A stretch of DNA of 64,000 nucleotides from positions 591-64,590 of the forward strand of contig JAZQAR010000067.1 of the NCBI GenBank assembly GCA_045545315.1. The letters run 5' to 3'. How positions within the stretch are numbered: position 1 is the first letter of the stretch; each line of letters begins with the position of its first letter. The translations under genes were made by a program, and so were the position numbers. The stretch comes from Eubacteriales bacterium (lineage in GTDB: Bacteria > Bacillota > Clostridia > Oscillospirales > QAKW01). Below, in pieces: positions 32,955 through 41,952 of this stretch. The notes under the pieces were generated by a model that was given only the letters and a program-made list of their open reading frames with translations, ran no database searches and was not told where the DNA came from.

Positions 32955-33914
32955 TTACTTGACGATGGGGGCCTTGACCGTATCCTTCAGGGTAGCCAGC
33001 AGATCGGAAGCGCTCATCCGCTCGATCTTTGCTTCGGGCGCCAGCATAATACGGTGGCTGAGGATCGCATCGTACATTTCGTTCACGTCACGGGGGATCA
33101 CGTAGGTTCTGCCGTCCAGCATAGCGGAGGCGCAGGCAGCCCGCATCAAGGCCAAGGAGGCACGGGGAGAAGCGGCCAGGCTGATCAGAGCGTGGGCACG
33201 GGTAGCGCATACCAGCTGAACGATATAATCCAGCACCGCATCATCCACGTGGATCTGCTCCACGGTCTTTTGCATCGCCACGATCTCCTCGGGGGTAGAA
33301 ACAGGCACCACGCTGTTCAGGGGGTTTTCGCCGTGGCGGTCGCTGATGATCCGCATTTCCTCGGCGGCGGAGGGATAGCCCATGCTCATCTTCATCAGAA
33401 AACGGTCCAGCTGAGCCTCGGGCAGAGGATAAGTACCGATATAACCAACAGGGTTCTGGGTAGCCACGACCATAAAGGGATCGGGCAGCTTATAGGTCAC
33501 GCCGTCCACAGTCACCTGGCGTTCTTCCATCACCTCCAGCAGGGCGGATTGAGTCTTGGGGGAGGTTCTGTTGATCTCGTCGGCGATCAGGATATTGGTC
33601 ATACAGACGCCGGGCTTATAGACGAATTCGCCGGTCTTGCCGTCGGGGGCGGTGAAGCCGGAGATATCGGTGGCCATAACGTCGGGGGTAAACTGCACAC
33701 GCTTGCAATCCAGACCGGTGGCACGGGCCATGGCGGAAGCGGCGGTGGTCTTACCCACACCGGGAACGTCTTCGATCAAAATATGACCCTTGGACAAAAG
33801 GCAGATCAGCAGCATCCGCAGCTGCTCATCCTTACCCACGATCACCTTTTTCATTTCGTCGGTAATACGCTTGCAAAGGGCCTGTTCTTTTTCAACGTTA
33901 ATTAACTGTTCCAT
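32955..33914 (-). CDS. MoxR-like AAA+ ATPase
   Basis: Walker A EDVPGVGKTT, Walker B ILIADEINR, and the motif ...VVATQNP..GTYPLPEAQLDRF typical of MoxR. Confidence 0.93.
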   Translation of the reverse strand: MEQLINVEKEQALCKRITDEMKKVIVGKDEQLRMLLICLLSKGHILIEDVPGVGKTTAASAMARATGLDCKRVQFTPDVMATDISGFTAPDGKTGEFVYKPGVCMTNILIADEINRTSPKTQSALLEVMEERQVTVDGVTYKLPDPFMVVATQNPVGYIGTYPLPEAQLDRFLMKMSMGYPSAAEEMRIISDRHGENPLNSVVPVSTPEEIVAMQKTVEQIHVDDAVLDYIVQLVCATRAHALISLAASPRASLALMRAACASAMLDGRTYVIPRDVNEMYDAILSHRIMLAPEAKIERMSASDLLATLKDTVKAPIVK

Positions 33915-33957
33915 TTGTATTTCTCCTTAAGACATAATAATGCATTATAACTATTTA

Positions 33958-33986
33958 ATTTTATCATACCCGCTAAAAGTTTGCAA
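33958..33986 (-). promoter_or_regulatory. Candidate sigma-70-type promoter of the MoxR operon
   Basis: On the minus strand: TTGCAA (33986-33981), 17 nt, TAAAAT (33963-33958). Confidence 0.4.
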
Positions 33987-34080
33987 CCGAAATCCACTTC
34001 GGGGATGTAAAATTTGCCGCTTATAATTTGTGCAAATTTTCTATTTTCGATGAATAAAATATGAACATTCCATTCACTCG

Positions 34081-34109
34081 TTGACATTTTTTTGCGATAA
34101 TTTTATAAT
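34081..34109 (+). promoter_or_regulatory. Sigma-70-type promoter of the ABC transporter operon
   Basis: TTGACA (34081-34086), 17 nt, TATAAT (34104-34109). Confidence 0.65.
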
Positions 34110-34140
34110 ATTTTAGATATTAAATAAAGAAGGTAACAAA

Positions 34141-35868
34141 ATGCGAAAGATGATCCGTTATTTAAAGCCCTATTGGTTTTGGGCTTTACTGACTCCCCTG
34201 GCCATGATCGGGGAGGTTTTGGCCGACCTTTGGCAGCCCATGCTGATGAGCGAGCTGGTCAACAAGGGTGTATTGGGCAACGATACCGCCCTGTTGGTCA
34301 GCGTTGGGCTGCGGATGCTGCTGATCGTAGCATTGGGCGGGCTGGCCGGCTTTTCCTGCGGGGTGTTCGCCAGCATCACCTCCCAAAACTTTGGCTGTGA
34401 CCTGCGGAAGGACGTATTCCGCAGTGCTATGAGCCTTTCCTTCCAACAGACCGATCAGTTCACCACCGGCTCCCTGATCACCCGGCTGACCAACGATATT
34501 ACCCAGATGCAACATTTTGTGGAGCAATGCCTGCGGATGTTCGTGCGCTCCGGGATGATGTTTATCGGCGGGATCGTGATGCTTTTGACCCTGGATCTGC
34601 GGTTTGGGTTGATCCTGCTTTGCGCCATGCCCCTGCAGCTGTTACTGGTGCTGTTGGTCCTGCGGGCTACCAACCCCTTATACGAAAAGGTTCAGCAACG
34701 GCTGGACCGGGTCAACAACGTGATGCAGGAGAACGTTTCCGGCGCCCGGATGGTCAAGGCCTACGTGCAGGAAAATCGGGAAATCGAGCGGTTCAACGGC
34801 GCCAACAAGGATCTGACCGAAATGAACCTGAAGGTGGCCTTTATCCTGGCACGTCTCTCTCCCCTGCTCTCTTTGATCATGAACCTTTCGGTGGTGGCGC
34901 TGATCTACCTGGGCGGTCTGCAGGTGCAGGCCGGTGCCATGCAGATCGGCACCGTGATGGCCGCCATTACTTATAACACCCAGATCCTCCATTCCATGAT
35001 GATGGTAAGTATGATGTTCCAATCCATCGCCCGCGGACGTGCCAGCGGCAAGCGGCTACAGGAGGTCTTGGACAGCACCCCGGCCATCAAGGGCGGTCAA
35101 CGGATCTTGGAGGAACAGCCCTCCATCACCTTTGAAAACGTGGCCTTCCACTACCCCGGCTTTGCCGATCACCCGGTGCTGAAGGACATCGACCTGGAGA
35201 TCCGCCCCGGCGAAAACTTAGCGATCTTAGGTGCCACCGGCTCGGGTAAATCCTCCTTTATTCATTTGATGACCCGTTTTTACGACGTGACCGAAGGGCA
35301 GATCAGCCTGGCCGGTCACCCCATTGAGGAATATAACCTGGAATCCATCCGGGAGCATATCACCGTGGTGCTGCAAAAAAGCGAGCTTTTCAGCGGCACC
35401 GTGGCCGATAACATCCGATTCGGCTGCCCCGACGCCACCGACGAAGAGGTGGAGCGGGCGGCAAAGATCGCCCAGGCCGATGAATTCATCAGCAAAATGC
35501 CGGAGGGCTACCAAAGCGTGGTGGCGGAAAAGGGCGCCTCCCTTTCCGGCGGGCAAAAGCAACGGCTTTCCATCGCCCGGGCGTTGGTACGAAAGCCGGA
35601 CGTGTTGATCTTTGACGACAGTACCTCTGCCCTGGATCTGGCCACCGAAGGTCGGCTTCGTCGGGCGATCCGCCGGGAATTTGCCGGCACCACCCTGATC
35701 ACCATCGCCCAACGGGTGGCCAGCGTGCAGGATTGCGACCGCATTGCGGTCTTGGATCAGGGCACCGTGGCCGCCATCGGCACCCACGAGGAATTATTAA
35801 AGACCAGCCCGGTCTATCAGGAGATCTACCGCTCCCAGGTCAAGGAAGGAGGGGTCTTAAATGGCTGA
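34141..35868 (+). CDS. ABC exporter, fused permease/ATPase subunit (heterodimer partner A)
   Basis: A six-TM ABC_membrane region, then Walker A GATGSGKSS, signature LSGGQKQR and Walker B LIFDDSTSALD. Confidence 0.92.
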   Translation: MRKMIRYLKPYWFWALLTPLAMIGEVLADLWQPMLMSELVNKGVLGNDTALLVSVGLRMLLIVALGGLAGFSCGVFASITSQNFGCDLRKDVFRSAMSLSFQQTDQFTTGSLITRLTNDITQMQHFVEQCLRMFVRSGMMFIGGIVMLLTLDLRFGLILLCAMPLQLLLVLLVLRATNPLYEKVQQRLDRVNNVMQENVSGARMVKAYVQENREIERFNGANKDLTEMNLKVAFILARLSPLLSLIMNLSVVALIYLGGLQVQAGAMQIGTVMAAITYNTQILHSMMMVSMMFQSIARGRASGKRLQEVLDSTPAIKGGQRILEEQPSITFENVAFHYPGFADHPVLKDIDLEIRPGENLAILGATGSGKSSFIHLMTRFYDVTEGQISLAGHPIEEYNLESIREHITVVLQKSELFSGTVADNIRFGCPDATDEEVERAAKIAQADEFISKMPEGYQSVVAEKGASLSGGQKQRLSIARALVRKPDVLIFDDSTSALDLATEGRLRRAIRREFAGTTLITIAQRVASVQDCDRIAVLDQGTVAAIGTHEELLKTSPVYQEIYRSQVKEGGVLNG

Positions 35869-37696
35869 GCCTAAAAATCAACCTCCCATGAATCCCATGC
35901 GCCCCGGCGGTGGACCCCGACGGGTGATGCAGGTGGAAAAACCAAAGGATCTTTGGGGAACCCTGAAGCGCCTGCTCTATTACATCGGTAAAAACAAGCG
36001 TTCCTTTATCCTCTTGCTGGCGATGACCCTTTTGATCACCGGCACCAACCTGTTAGGGCCCTCCCTGCAGCAGCGTGCCATCGATGCCCTGGAGGGGAAT
36101 TTGGGCAAGCAGCTGATGCTGATGCTGTTGCTGATGATCCTGACCTATCTGGTCAATGCGGGGCTGACCTATCTGCAGGCCCGCTCCTCCGCACGGCTTT
36201 CCCAGGGGACGGTACGCTCCCTGCGGAAGGATCTGTTTGAAAAGCTGGTCTTTTTGCCCATCCGCTACACCGATACCCATAACCACGGCGACATCATGAG
36301 CCGTATGACCAATGACGTGGAGAATATCTCCAACACCATCTCCACCTCCATTGCCTCCCTTTGCTCTGCTCTGCTGACGGTGACCGGCACCTTTATCATT
36401 ATGATCTGTTATTCCCCGGCCCTGGCTCTGGTCAGCACCGTCACTATCTTTTTAACACTGATCGCCTCCACCTTCATCACCAAGTATATGCGTAAGTTCT
36501 TCGTGCGCCAGCAACGGATCCTGGGCACCATCAACGGCCAGGCGGAGGAGATGATCACCGGTTATCGAACGGTGGTGGCCTATAACCGCCAGCAACGGGC
36601 CGTTGAACAGTTTTCCGAAACCAGTAACAGCCTGAAAAAAACAGCTATTTTGGCCAATATTTCCGGTAGCTCCATGGGCCCGGTCATGAACTTTATCTCC
36701 AACGTGGGCTTTTTGCTGATCGCCCTGGTGGGCGGGCTCTTTGCCAGCCTGGAGCCGGAACACGTCTTACATATCTCGGTGGGTACCATTCAGGCATTTT
36801 TGCTCTATTCCAAGCAATTCTCCCGTCCTATCAACGAGATCGCCAACCAGTATGCCGCCATCCAGACCGCCATTGCCGGTGCCGAGCGGGTCTTTGACGT
36901 GATGGATGCCGAGCCCGAAGGGCAGGAAGGCTCCGCAGAGCTGGAGCCCCGGGCGGTAAAGGGCGCCCTTTCCTTCCGGGACGTACACTTTGCCTACGTG
37001 CCGGAAAAACCGGTGCTGAAGGGCTTTGACCTGGAGGTAGAGCCCGGCCAAAAGATCGCCATCGTGGGTGCCACCGGCAGCGGTAAGACCACGGTGGTCA
37101 ATCTGCTGACCCGTTTTTACGACATCGACAGCGGTACCATTACTGTAGATGGCCTTCCCTTGAACGAGATCCCCCGGGATCAGCTGCGCAGGAGCATTGC
37201 CATCGTTCTGCAGGATACGGTTCTGTTTTCGGACACCATTGCCCACAACATCAGCTACGGCCGCCCAGACGCCACCCAAGAGGAGATCGAAGCGGCGGCA
37301 GCCTTCACCGGCGCCGATCGGTTCATCAACCGGCTGAAGCACGGCTATGAGACCAAGCTTTCCGAAGGGGGCAGTAACCTTTCCCAGGGGCAGCGCCAGC
37401 TTTTGAACATCGCTCGGGCGGTATTGGCGGATCCGGCTATTCTGATCCTGGATGAGGCCACCTCCTCGGTGGATACCCGCACGGAAATGCACATTCAATC
37501 GGCCATGGTAGCCCTGATGAAAAACCGCACCAGCCTGATCATTGCCCATCGGCTTTCCACCATTCGGGATGCCGATAAGATCATCGTCATCGACGGCGGT
37601 AAGGTGGTGGAGGAGGGCGACCACGATACCCTTTTGGCACAAAAAGGCTGCTATTATAAGTTGTATCAATCCCAATTTGCCGGGATCGAGACCTGA
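35861..37696 (+). CDS. ABC exporter, fused permease/ATPase subunit (heterodimer partner B)
   Basis: A TM domain, then Walker A GATGSGKTT, signature LSQGQRQL and Walker B LILDEATSSVD. It overlaps the upstream partner by 8 nt. Confidence 0.92.
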   Translation: MAEPKNQPPMNPMRPGGGPRRVMQVEKPKDLWGTLKRLLYYIGKNKRSFILLLAMTLLITGTNLLGPSLQQRAIDALEGNLGKQLMLMLLLMILTYLVNAGLTYLQARSSARLSQGTVRSLRKDLFEKLVFLPIRYTDTHNHGDIMSRMTNDVENISNTISTSIASLCSALLTVTGTFIIMICYSPALALVSTVTIFLTLIASTFITKYMRKFFVRQQRILGTINGQAEEMITGYRTVVAYNRQQRAVEQFSETSNSLKKTAILANISGSSMGPVMNFISNVGFLLIALVGGLFASLEPEHVLHISVGTIQAFLLYSKQFSRPINEIANQYAAIQTAIAGAERVFDVMDAEPEGQEGSAELEPRAVKGALSFRDVHFAYVPEKPVLKGFDLEVEPGQKIAIVGATGSGKTTVVNLLTRFYDIDSGTITVDGLPLNEIPRDQLRRSIAIVLQDTVLFSDTIAHNISYGRPDATQEEIEAAAAFTGADRFINRLKHGYETKLSEGGSNLSQGQRQLLNIARAVLADPAILILDEATSSVDTRTEMHIQSAMVALMKNRTSLIIAHRLSTIRDADKIIVIDGGKVVEEGDHDTLLAQKGCYYKLYQSQFAGIET

Positions 37697-37704
37697 TTTT
37701 ACAG

Positions 37705-37744
37705 ATATGCCTCTTTTTCAACAGAAAAAGAGGCATATTTTATT
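37705..37744 (+). terminator. Rho-independent terminator of the ABC operon
   Basis: ATATGCCTCTTTTT-CAACAG-AAAAAGAGGCATAT followed by TTTATT. Confidence 0.85.
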
Positions 37745-37755
37745 AAAAATAACAA

Positions 37756-37784
37756 TTGACGAACCCAAAGTCTTCTTATAAAAT
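37756..37784 (+). promoter_or_regulatory. Sigma-70-type promoter of thrC-thrB
   Basis: TTGACG (37756-37761), 17 nt, TAAAAT (37779-37784). Confidence 0.5.
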
Positions 37785-37813
37785 TAAAGAAAGACAAAAA
37801 AGGAGCATTTTTT

Positions 37814-39298
37814 ATGTTATACGAAAGTACCCGCAACCGCAATCTGACCGCCAACGGCCCGGAGGCCATTCTGCAAGGCATCGCCCCGGACGGCGGACTT
37901 TATATGATCCCCGACGTAGCCGCCATTCCCTTTGATTGGAAGGCTTTGTTGGAGTTGGATACCATCCCTATGGCCGCAGAGATTCTTTCTGCCCTGCTGC
38001 CGGATTTTTCCAAGGACGAAATGAAGATTCTTTGCGAAAAGGCCTACACCGGCAAGTTTGAAAGCGACGATCTGACCCCCCTGGCTCAGGTGGGCGATCG
38101 CTACGTATTGGAGCTGTTCCGGGGTCCCACCAGCGCCTTTAAGGACGTGGCCCTTTCTATGCTGCCCCAGCTGATGACCGCCTCCCGGGGGAAGACCGGG
38201 ATGAAGGAGGAGATCTGCATCCTGACCGCCACCAGCGGCGATACCGGCAAGGCCGCCCTGGAGGGCTTCCACGACGTGGAGGGGATCAAGATCCTGGTAT
38301 ATTACCCCAACAACGGGGTCAGCGCCGTTCAGAAGGCACAGATGGTGACCCAGACCGGCAACAACGTGGCCGTGGTGGCCATCAACGGCAACTTTGACGA
38401 TGCCCAGACCGGGGACAAGAACCCCTTTGCGGCCGCCGCAGAGGGCCAACTGGATCCTGCCGGAAACGTGGTGCTTTCCTCCGCCAACTCCATCAACATC
38501 GGCCGGTTGGCGCCCCAGGTGGTTTACTACTTTAAAGCCTATGCAGACCTGGTACGGGAGGGGCGGATCACCTGCGGTGACCAGGTGACCTACGTGGTGC
38601 CCACCGGCAACTTCGGCGACATTCTGGCCGGCTATTTTGCCAAAAAATTGGGTCTGCCCGTAGGCAAGCTGATCTGCGCCTCCAACACCAACAAGGTGCT
38701 GACCGACTTTTTTGAAAAGGGCGTTTACGACCGTCGCCGTCCCTTCTTTAAAACTGATTCTCCCTCTATGGATATTCTGATCTCCAGCAATCTGGAGCGG
38801 CTCCTGTATATGGTCAGCGGAGATACCGACCTGGTAGCTTCCCTGATGAAACAGCTGAAGGAAGAGGGGCACTACACCCTTTCTGCCGAGCTCATGGATA
38901 AGATCAACGCCGAATTCGGCGCCGGCTTCTGCACCGACGAAGAGGGGGCCGCCGCCATTGCAAAGGTCTGGAAGGACTACGGCTATCTGATGGATCCCCA
39001 CACCGCCGTAGCCTGGAAGGTCAGCGAGGATTATACCGCCGCAGGCAACAAGGAGCCGGTGGTGGTGCTTTCCACCGCATCCCCCTTCAAGTTCCCCAAC
39101 GCCGTTTTGAAGGCCATGGGCGCTGAGCCGGTGGAAAACGAGTTTGATTGCCTGGAGCAGCTTTCTGCCCTGAGCCATCTGCCCATCCCCAAAAACCTGG
39201 CCAACCTGAAGGAGGCCAAGGTCCTGCACACCACCGTCATCGAGAAGGAAGACGTGGTAGCACATTCCCTTAAAAAAGCCGGAGAGCGCCAATGGTAA
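37814..39298 (+). CDS. thrC: Threonine synthase (long form)
   Basis: MLYESTRN... N-terminus and a PLP lysine motif GPTSAFKDVALSML. 494 aa. Confidence 0.93.
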   Translation: MLYESTRNRNLTANGPEAILQGIAPDGGLYMIPDVAAIPFDWKALLELDTIPMAAEILSALLPDFSKDEMKILCEKAYTGKFESDDLTPLAQVGDRYVLELFRGPTSAFKDVALSMLPQLMTASRGKTGMKEEICILTATSGDTGKAALEGFHDVEGIKILVYYPNNGVSAVQKAQMVTQTGNNVAVVAINGNFDDAQTGDKNPFAAAAEGQLDPAGNVVLSSANSINIGRLAPQVVYYFKAYADLVREGRITCGDQVTYVVPTGNFGDILAGYFAKKLGLPVGKLICASNTNKVLTDFFEKGVYDRRRPFFKTDSPSMDILISSNLERLLYMVSGDTDLVASLMKQLKEEGHYTLSAELMDKINAEFGAGFCTDEEGAAAIAKVWKDYGYLMDPHTAVAWKVSEDYTAAGNKEPVVVLSTASPFKFPNAVLKAMGAEPVENEFDCLEQLSALSHLPIPKNLANLKEAKVLHTTVIEKEDVVAHSLKKAGERQW

Positions 39299-40158
39299 CC
39301 ATCTGCGTTCCCGCCTCCACCGCTAACATCGGGCCGGGCTTTGACAGCTTTGGCTGTGCCCTTGCCCTTTACAACGAATACACCTTTGAGCCGGCGGATC
39401 ACCTGGAGATCATCGGCTGTCCGCCGGAATTCAGCAACGAGGATAACCTGGTCATCGTGGCCTTCAAACGAGCCTTGGAGGCCTTACAGGAGCCCTGGAC
39501 GGGGCTGAAGCTGACGGTACGCTCCGGGATCCCCTTTTGCCGGGGCTTAGGCTCCAGCGCCGCCGTGATCGTGGGCGGGATCCGTGGGGCCAACGCCCTG
39601 CACGGAAACCGGCTGACCACCCGGCAGATGCTGGAGATCGCCACCGAGCTGGAGGGTCACCCGGATAACGTGGCCCCTGCCCTGCTGGGCGGATTCGTGA
39701 TCTCCATGATGGATGGCGATAAACCCCTTTGGATCCAGCGTCCCGTTCACCCGGAGCTGCGGTTCATTGCCCTGATCCCCGATTTTTCCTTAAGCACCCG
39801 AAAGGCCCGCAGTGTACTGCCGCCCCAGATCCCCCGGGATGATGCAGTGTTCAACGTGGCCCACGCAGGGGTGTTGCCCTACGCCTTGGAAAGCGGCGAT
39901 GAGGAATTGATCCGTGCCGCCCTGCAGGATCGGCTCCACGAGCCCTACCGCCGGAGCCTGATCACCGACATTGAGACGGTGGAACAGACCGCCCGGGAGC
40001 AGGGAGCCTTATCCTTTTGTATCAGCGGAGCAGGCCCCACCTGCCTTTGCTTGACCCGGGATCCGGAGTTCATCCATCGGTTAAAGGCCAACCTGAAGAC
40101 CCCCAACAGCCGTTGGGAGATCCGGGAGATCCCCATTGCGCCGACAATTGAAACATAA
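39292..40158 (+). CDS. thrB: Homoserine kinase
   Basis: PASTANIGPGFD and GHMP kinase motif GLGSSAAVIVGG. It overlaps the thrC stop by 7 nt. Confidence 0.93.
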   Translation: MVTICVPASTANIGPGFDSFGCALALYNEYTFEPADHLEIIGCPPEFSNEDNLVIVAFKRALEALQEPWTGLKLTVRSGIPFCRGLGSSAAVIVGGIRGANALHGNRLTTRQMLEIATELEGHPDNVAPALLGGFVISMMDGDKPLWIQRPVHPELRFIALIPDFSLSTRKARSVLPPQIPRDDAVFNVAHAGVLPYALESGDEELIRAALQDRLHEPYRRSLITDIETVEQTAREQGALSFCISGAGPTCLCLTRDPEFIHRLKANLKTPNSRWEIREIPIAPTIET

Positions 40159-40194
40159 AAAAGACTGCAAATTCTGACGAATTTGCAGTCTTTT
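40157..40194. terminator. Bidirectional terminator between thrB and the zinc-ribbon membrane protein gene
   Basis: AAAAGACTGCAAATTC-TGAC-GAATTTGCAGTCTTTT, with A/T runs on both sides. Confidence 0.85.
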
Positions 40195-40196
40195 AT

Positions 40197-40691
40197 TTAA
40201 TCCAAATATTCTTCCTCGGTCTCTTCCTCGGTTTCCTCTTCCTCCACGTCTTCCTCCTGCTTTTTCAAGGTGACCTTGCGGATCTCGGTGCCCTGATTAA
40301 AGGTCAGCTTCATCTTATTACGGTTTACCTTATCGTAGCGATAGATATAGACGTTACCGTCTTCGGCAGTCAAAGTGAAAGCATCCTGGGTGGCGGTAAA
40401 ATCGCCGGATACCACCAGTTCTCCGTTGATCAGAAGGAAGGTATCGTCCTCGCAGTTAAAGGAAAGGGAAAGATCAGAGCCCTCCCAGGCGCCGTGCATC
40501 CAGTTATTGTTATAGAATTTTTGAAAATACAGATGGATGGATCCGGCAATGATCGCCACGGCGGCAACCCCGGTCAGGGTCCACACCAGCCATTTGGGCA
40601 TCTGTTTTTTTGCTTTGGGGCGCCCGTAAAAACAGCGGGGGCAGATATGGTTTGGATCCGAATGCTCGGTTCCGCAACGGGGACAGATCAT
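40197..40691 (-). CDS. Zinc-ribbon / single-TM protein with extracytoplasmic beta-rich domain and acidic tail (164 aa)
   Basis: MICPRCGTEHSDPNHICPRC (CxxC...CxxC), TM LVWTLTGVAAVAIIAGSI, and a C-terminal EEDVEEEETEEETEEE tail. An AAGGAG SD is present. It is co-directional with ftsZ and 60 nt downstream of it. Confidence 0.75.
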   Translation of the reverse strand: MICPRCGTEHSDPNHICPRCFYGRPKAKKQMPKWLVWTLTGVAAVAIIAGSIHLYFQKFYNNNWMHGAWEGSDLSLSFNCEDDTFLLINGELVVSGDFTATQDAFTLTAEDGNVYIYRYDKVNRNKMKLTFNQGTEIRKVTLKKQEEDVEEEETEEETEEEYLD

Positions 40692-40714
40692 AACGATTCT
40701 CCTTTTTTATCAAG

Positions 40715-40745
40715 AGAGCCGCCCGGGAACGAGCGGCTCTTTTTT
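40715..40745 (+). other. GC-rich hairpin between ftsZ and the zinc-ribbon gene, with its T-run on the non-coding (+) strand
   Basis: AGAGCCGC-N10-GCGGCTCT followed by TTTTT on the + strand only. On the minus (gene) strand no U-run follows the stem. Confidence 0.5.
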
Positions 40746-40751
40746 GAACGA

Positions 40752-41840
40752 TTATTCGCCTAAGTTTGCAAACAGATCCATAAAGCCCAGATCCAGGGAA
40801 TCTTCCTCTTTGGTGCTTTCTTCGGTACCGGGGAAGTTGAGCATCGGCTCATCGGCGACCAGGCCGGTGCGGTTCCGCTCGGCAGAGGGGAAGCCGGTGG
40901 CGATCACGGTTACGATGATCTCGTCCTCCAGGTCGCTGTTCAAAGCGGCACCCCAGATGATGTTGGCATCGGGATGGGCGGCCTGCTCGATCATCTGGCT
41001 GGCTTCATAAACTTCATCCATACCGATATCGGGGGAAGCGGTGATGTTGAAGATCACGCCGGTAGCACCGTCGATGGAGGTTTCCAGCAAGGGGCTGGAG
41101 ATGGCCATAGTGGCAGCGGCAACAGCCTTGTCCTTACCGGAGGCACGGCCAACACCCATATGAGCATTGCCGGCATCCTTCATGATCTTATGCACGTCGG
41201 CAAAGTCCACGTTGACCAGGCCGGTGATCAAAATCAGATCAGAGATGCTCTGAACACCCTGGCGCAGAACGTCGTCTGCGATCTGGAAGGCGTTCAGCAG
41301 CGTGATGCGTTCGTTGGTGGCATCCTTCAGCTTATCGTTGGGAATCACGATCAGGCTATCCACGTGGGCACGGAGCTTTTCGATGCCGGCCTCGGCGGTC
41401 TTCATCTTCCGCTGGCCTTCAAACCCAAAGGGCTTGGTTACGATGGCAACGGTCAGAATGCCCATATCCTTTGCGATCTCAGCCACCACAGGAGCGCTAC
41501 CGGTACCGGTACCGCCGCCCATACCGGCGGCAATAAAGACCATATCGGCACCGCGGAGCATCGCCTCGATCTCTTCGCGGCTCTCCAGGGCGCTGTTTTC
41601 ACCAATATTCGGATCACTGCCGGCGCCCTTGCCCTTGGTGAGCTTTTCGCCGATCTGAACCTTGGTGGTGGCGGGGGAGGATTCCAAAACCGGGCGGTCG
41701 GGATTGACCACCACGAATTCAACCCCTTGAACTCCGGCCTTGATCATACGGTTTACTGCATTACAGCCACCGCCGCCGCAGCCGATCACTTTTATATTTA
41801 CAACGCTATCTGCGCTTTCGGTATATTCAAAACTTGCCAA
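40752..41840 (-). CDS. ftsZ: Cell division GTPase FtsZ
   Basis: IKVIGCGGGGCNAVNRM and the tubulin signature GMGGGTGTGSAPV. The disordered C-terminal linker ends in DLGFMDLFANLGE. Confidence 0.97.
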   Translation of the reverse strand: MASFEYTESADSVVNIKVIGCGGGGCNAVNRMIKAGVQGVEFVVVNPDRPVLESSPATTKVQIGEKLTKGKGAGSDPNIGENSALESREEIEAMLRGADMVFIAAGMGGGTGTGSAPVVAEIAKDMGILTVAIVTKPFGFEGQRKMKTAEAGIEKLRAHVDSLIVIPNDKLKDATNERITLLNAFQIADDVLRQGVQSISDLILITGLVNVDFADVHKIMKDAGNAHMGVGRASGKDKAVAAATMAISSPLLETSIDGATGVIFNITASPDIGMDEVYEASQMIEQAAHPDANIIWGAALNSDLEDEIIVTVIATGFPSAERNRTGLVADEPMLNFPGTEESTKEEDSLDLGFMDLFANLGE

Positions 41841-41878
41841 CGCTATTTACCTCCCGATAATATTTTTCTACATATTAT

Positions 41879-41907
41879 ATTTTAATATTAAATAACACTA
41901 ATTGCAA
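41879..41907 (-). promoter_or_regulatory. Sigma-70-type promoter dedicated to ftsZ
   Basis: On the minus strand: TTGCAA (41907-41902), 17 nt, TAAAAT (41884-41879). Confidence 0.55.
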
Positions 41908-41910
41908 GTG

Positions 41911-41952
41911 TTTTTATAAAAAATAGGCAGAAAATATTTCCTGCCTATTTTT
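41911..41952 (-). terminator. Rho-independent terminator after ftsQ (includes its stop codon)
   Basis: AAAAAATAGGCAG-N10-CTGCCTATTTTT. On the minus strand the stem is followed by TTTTTTAT. Confidence 0.7.

Noticed and set aside
37745-37813. Looked for a T-box or riboswitch leader upstream of thrC
   Set aside because: The leader between the predicted -10 and the start codon is only about 30 nt, with no specifier or terminator-antiterminator structures.
37817-39292. 491-aa ORF on the - strand opposite thrC
   Set aside because: thrC on the + strand has the PLP-lysine motif and operon context with thrB. The antisense frame is low-complexity and Gly/Leu/His-rich.
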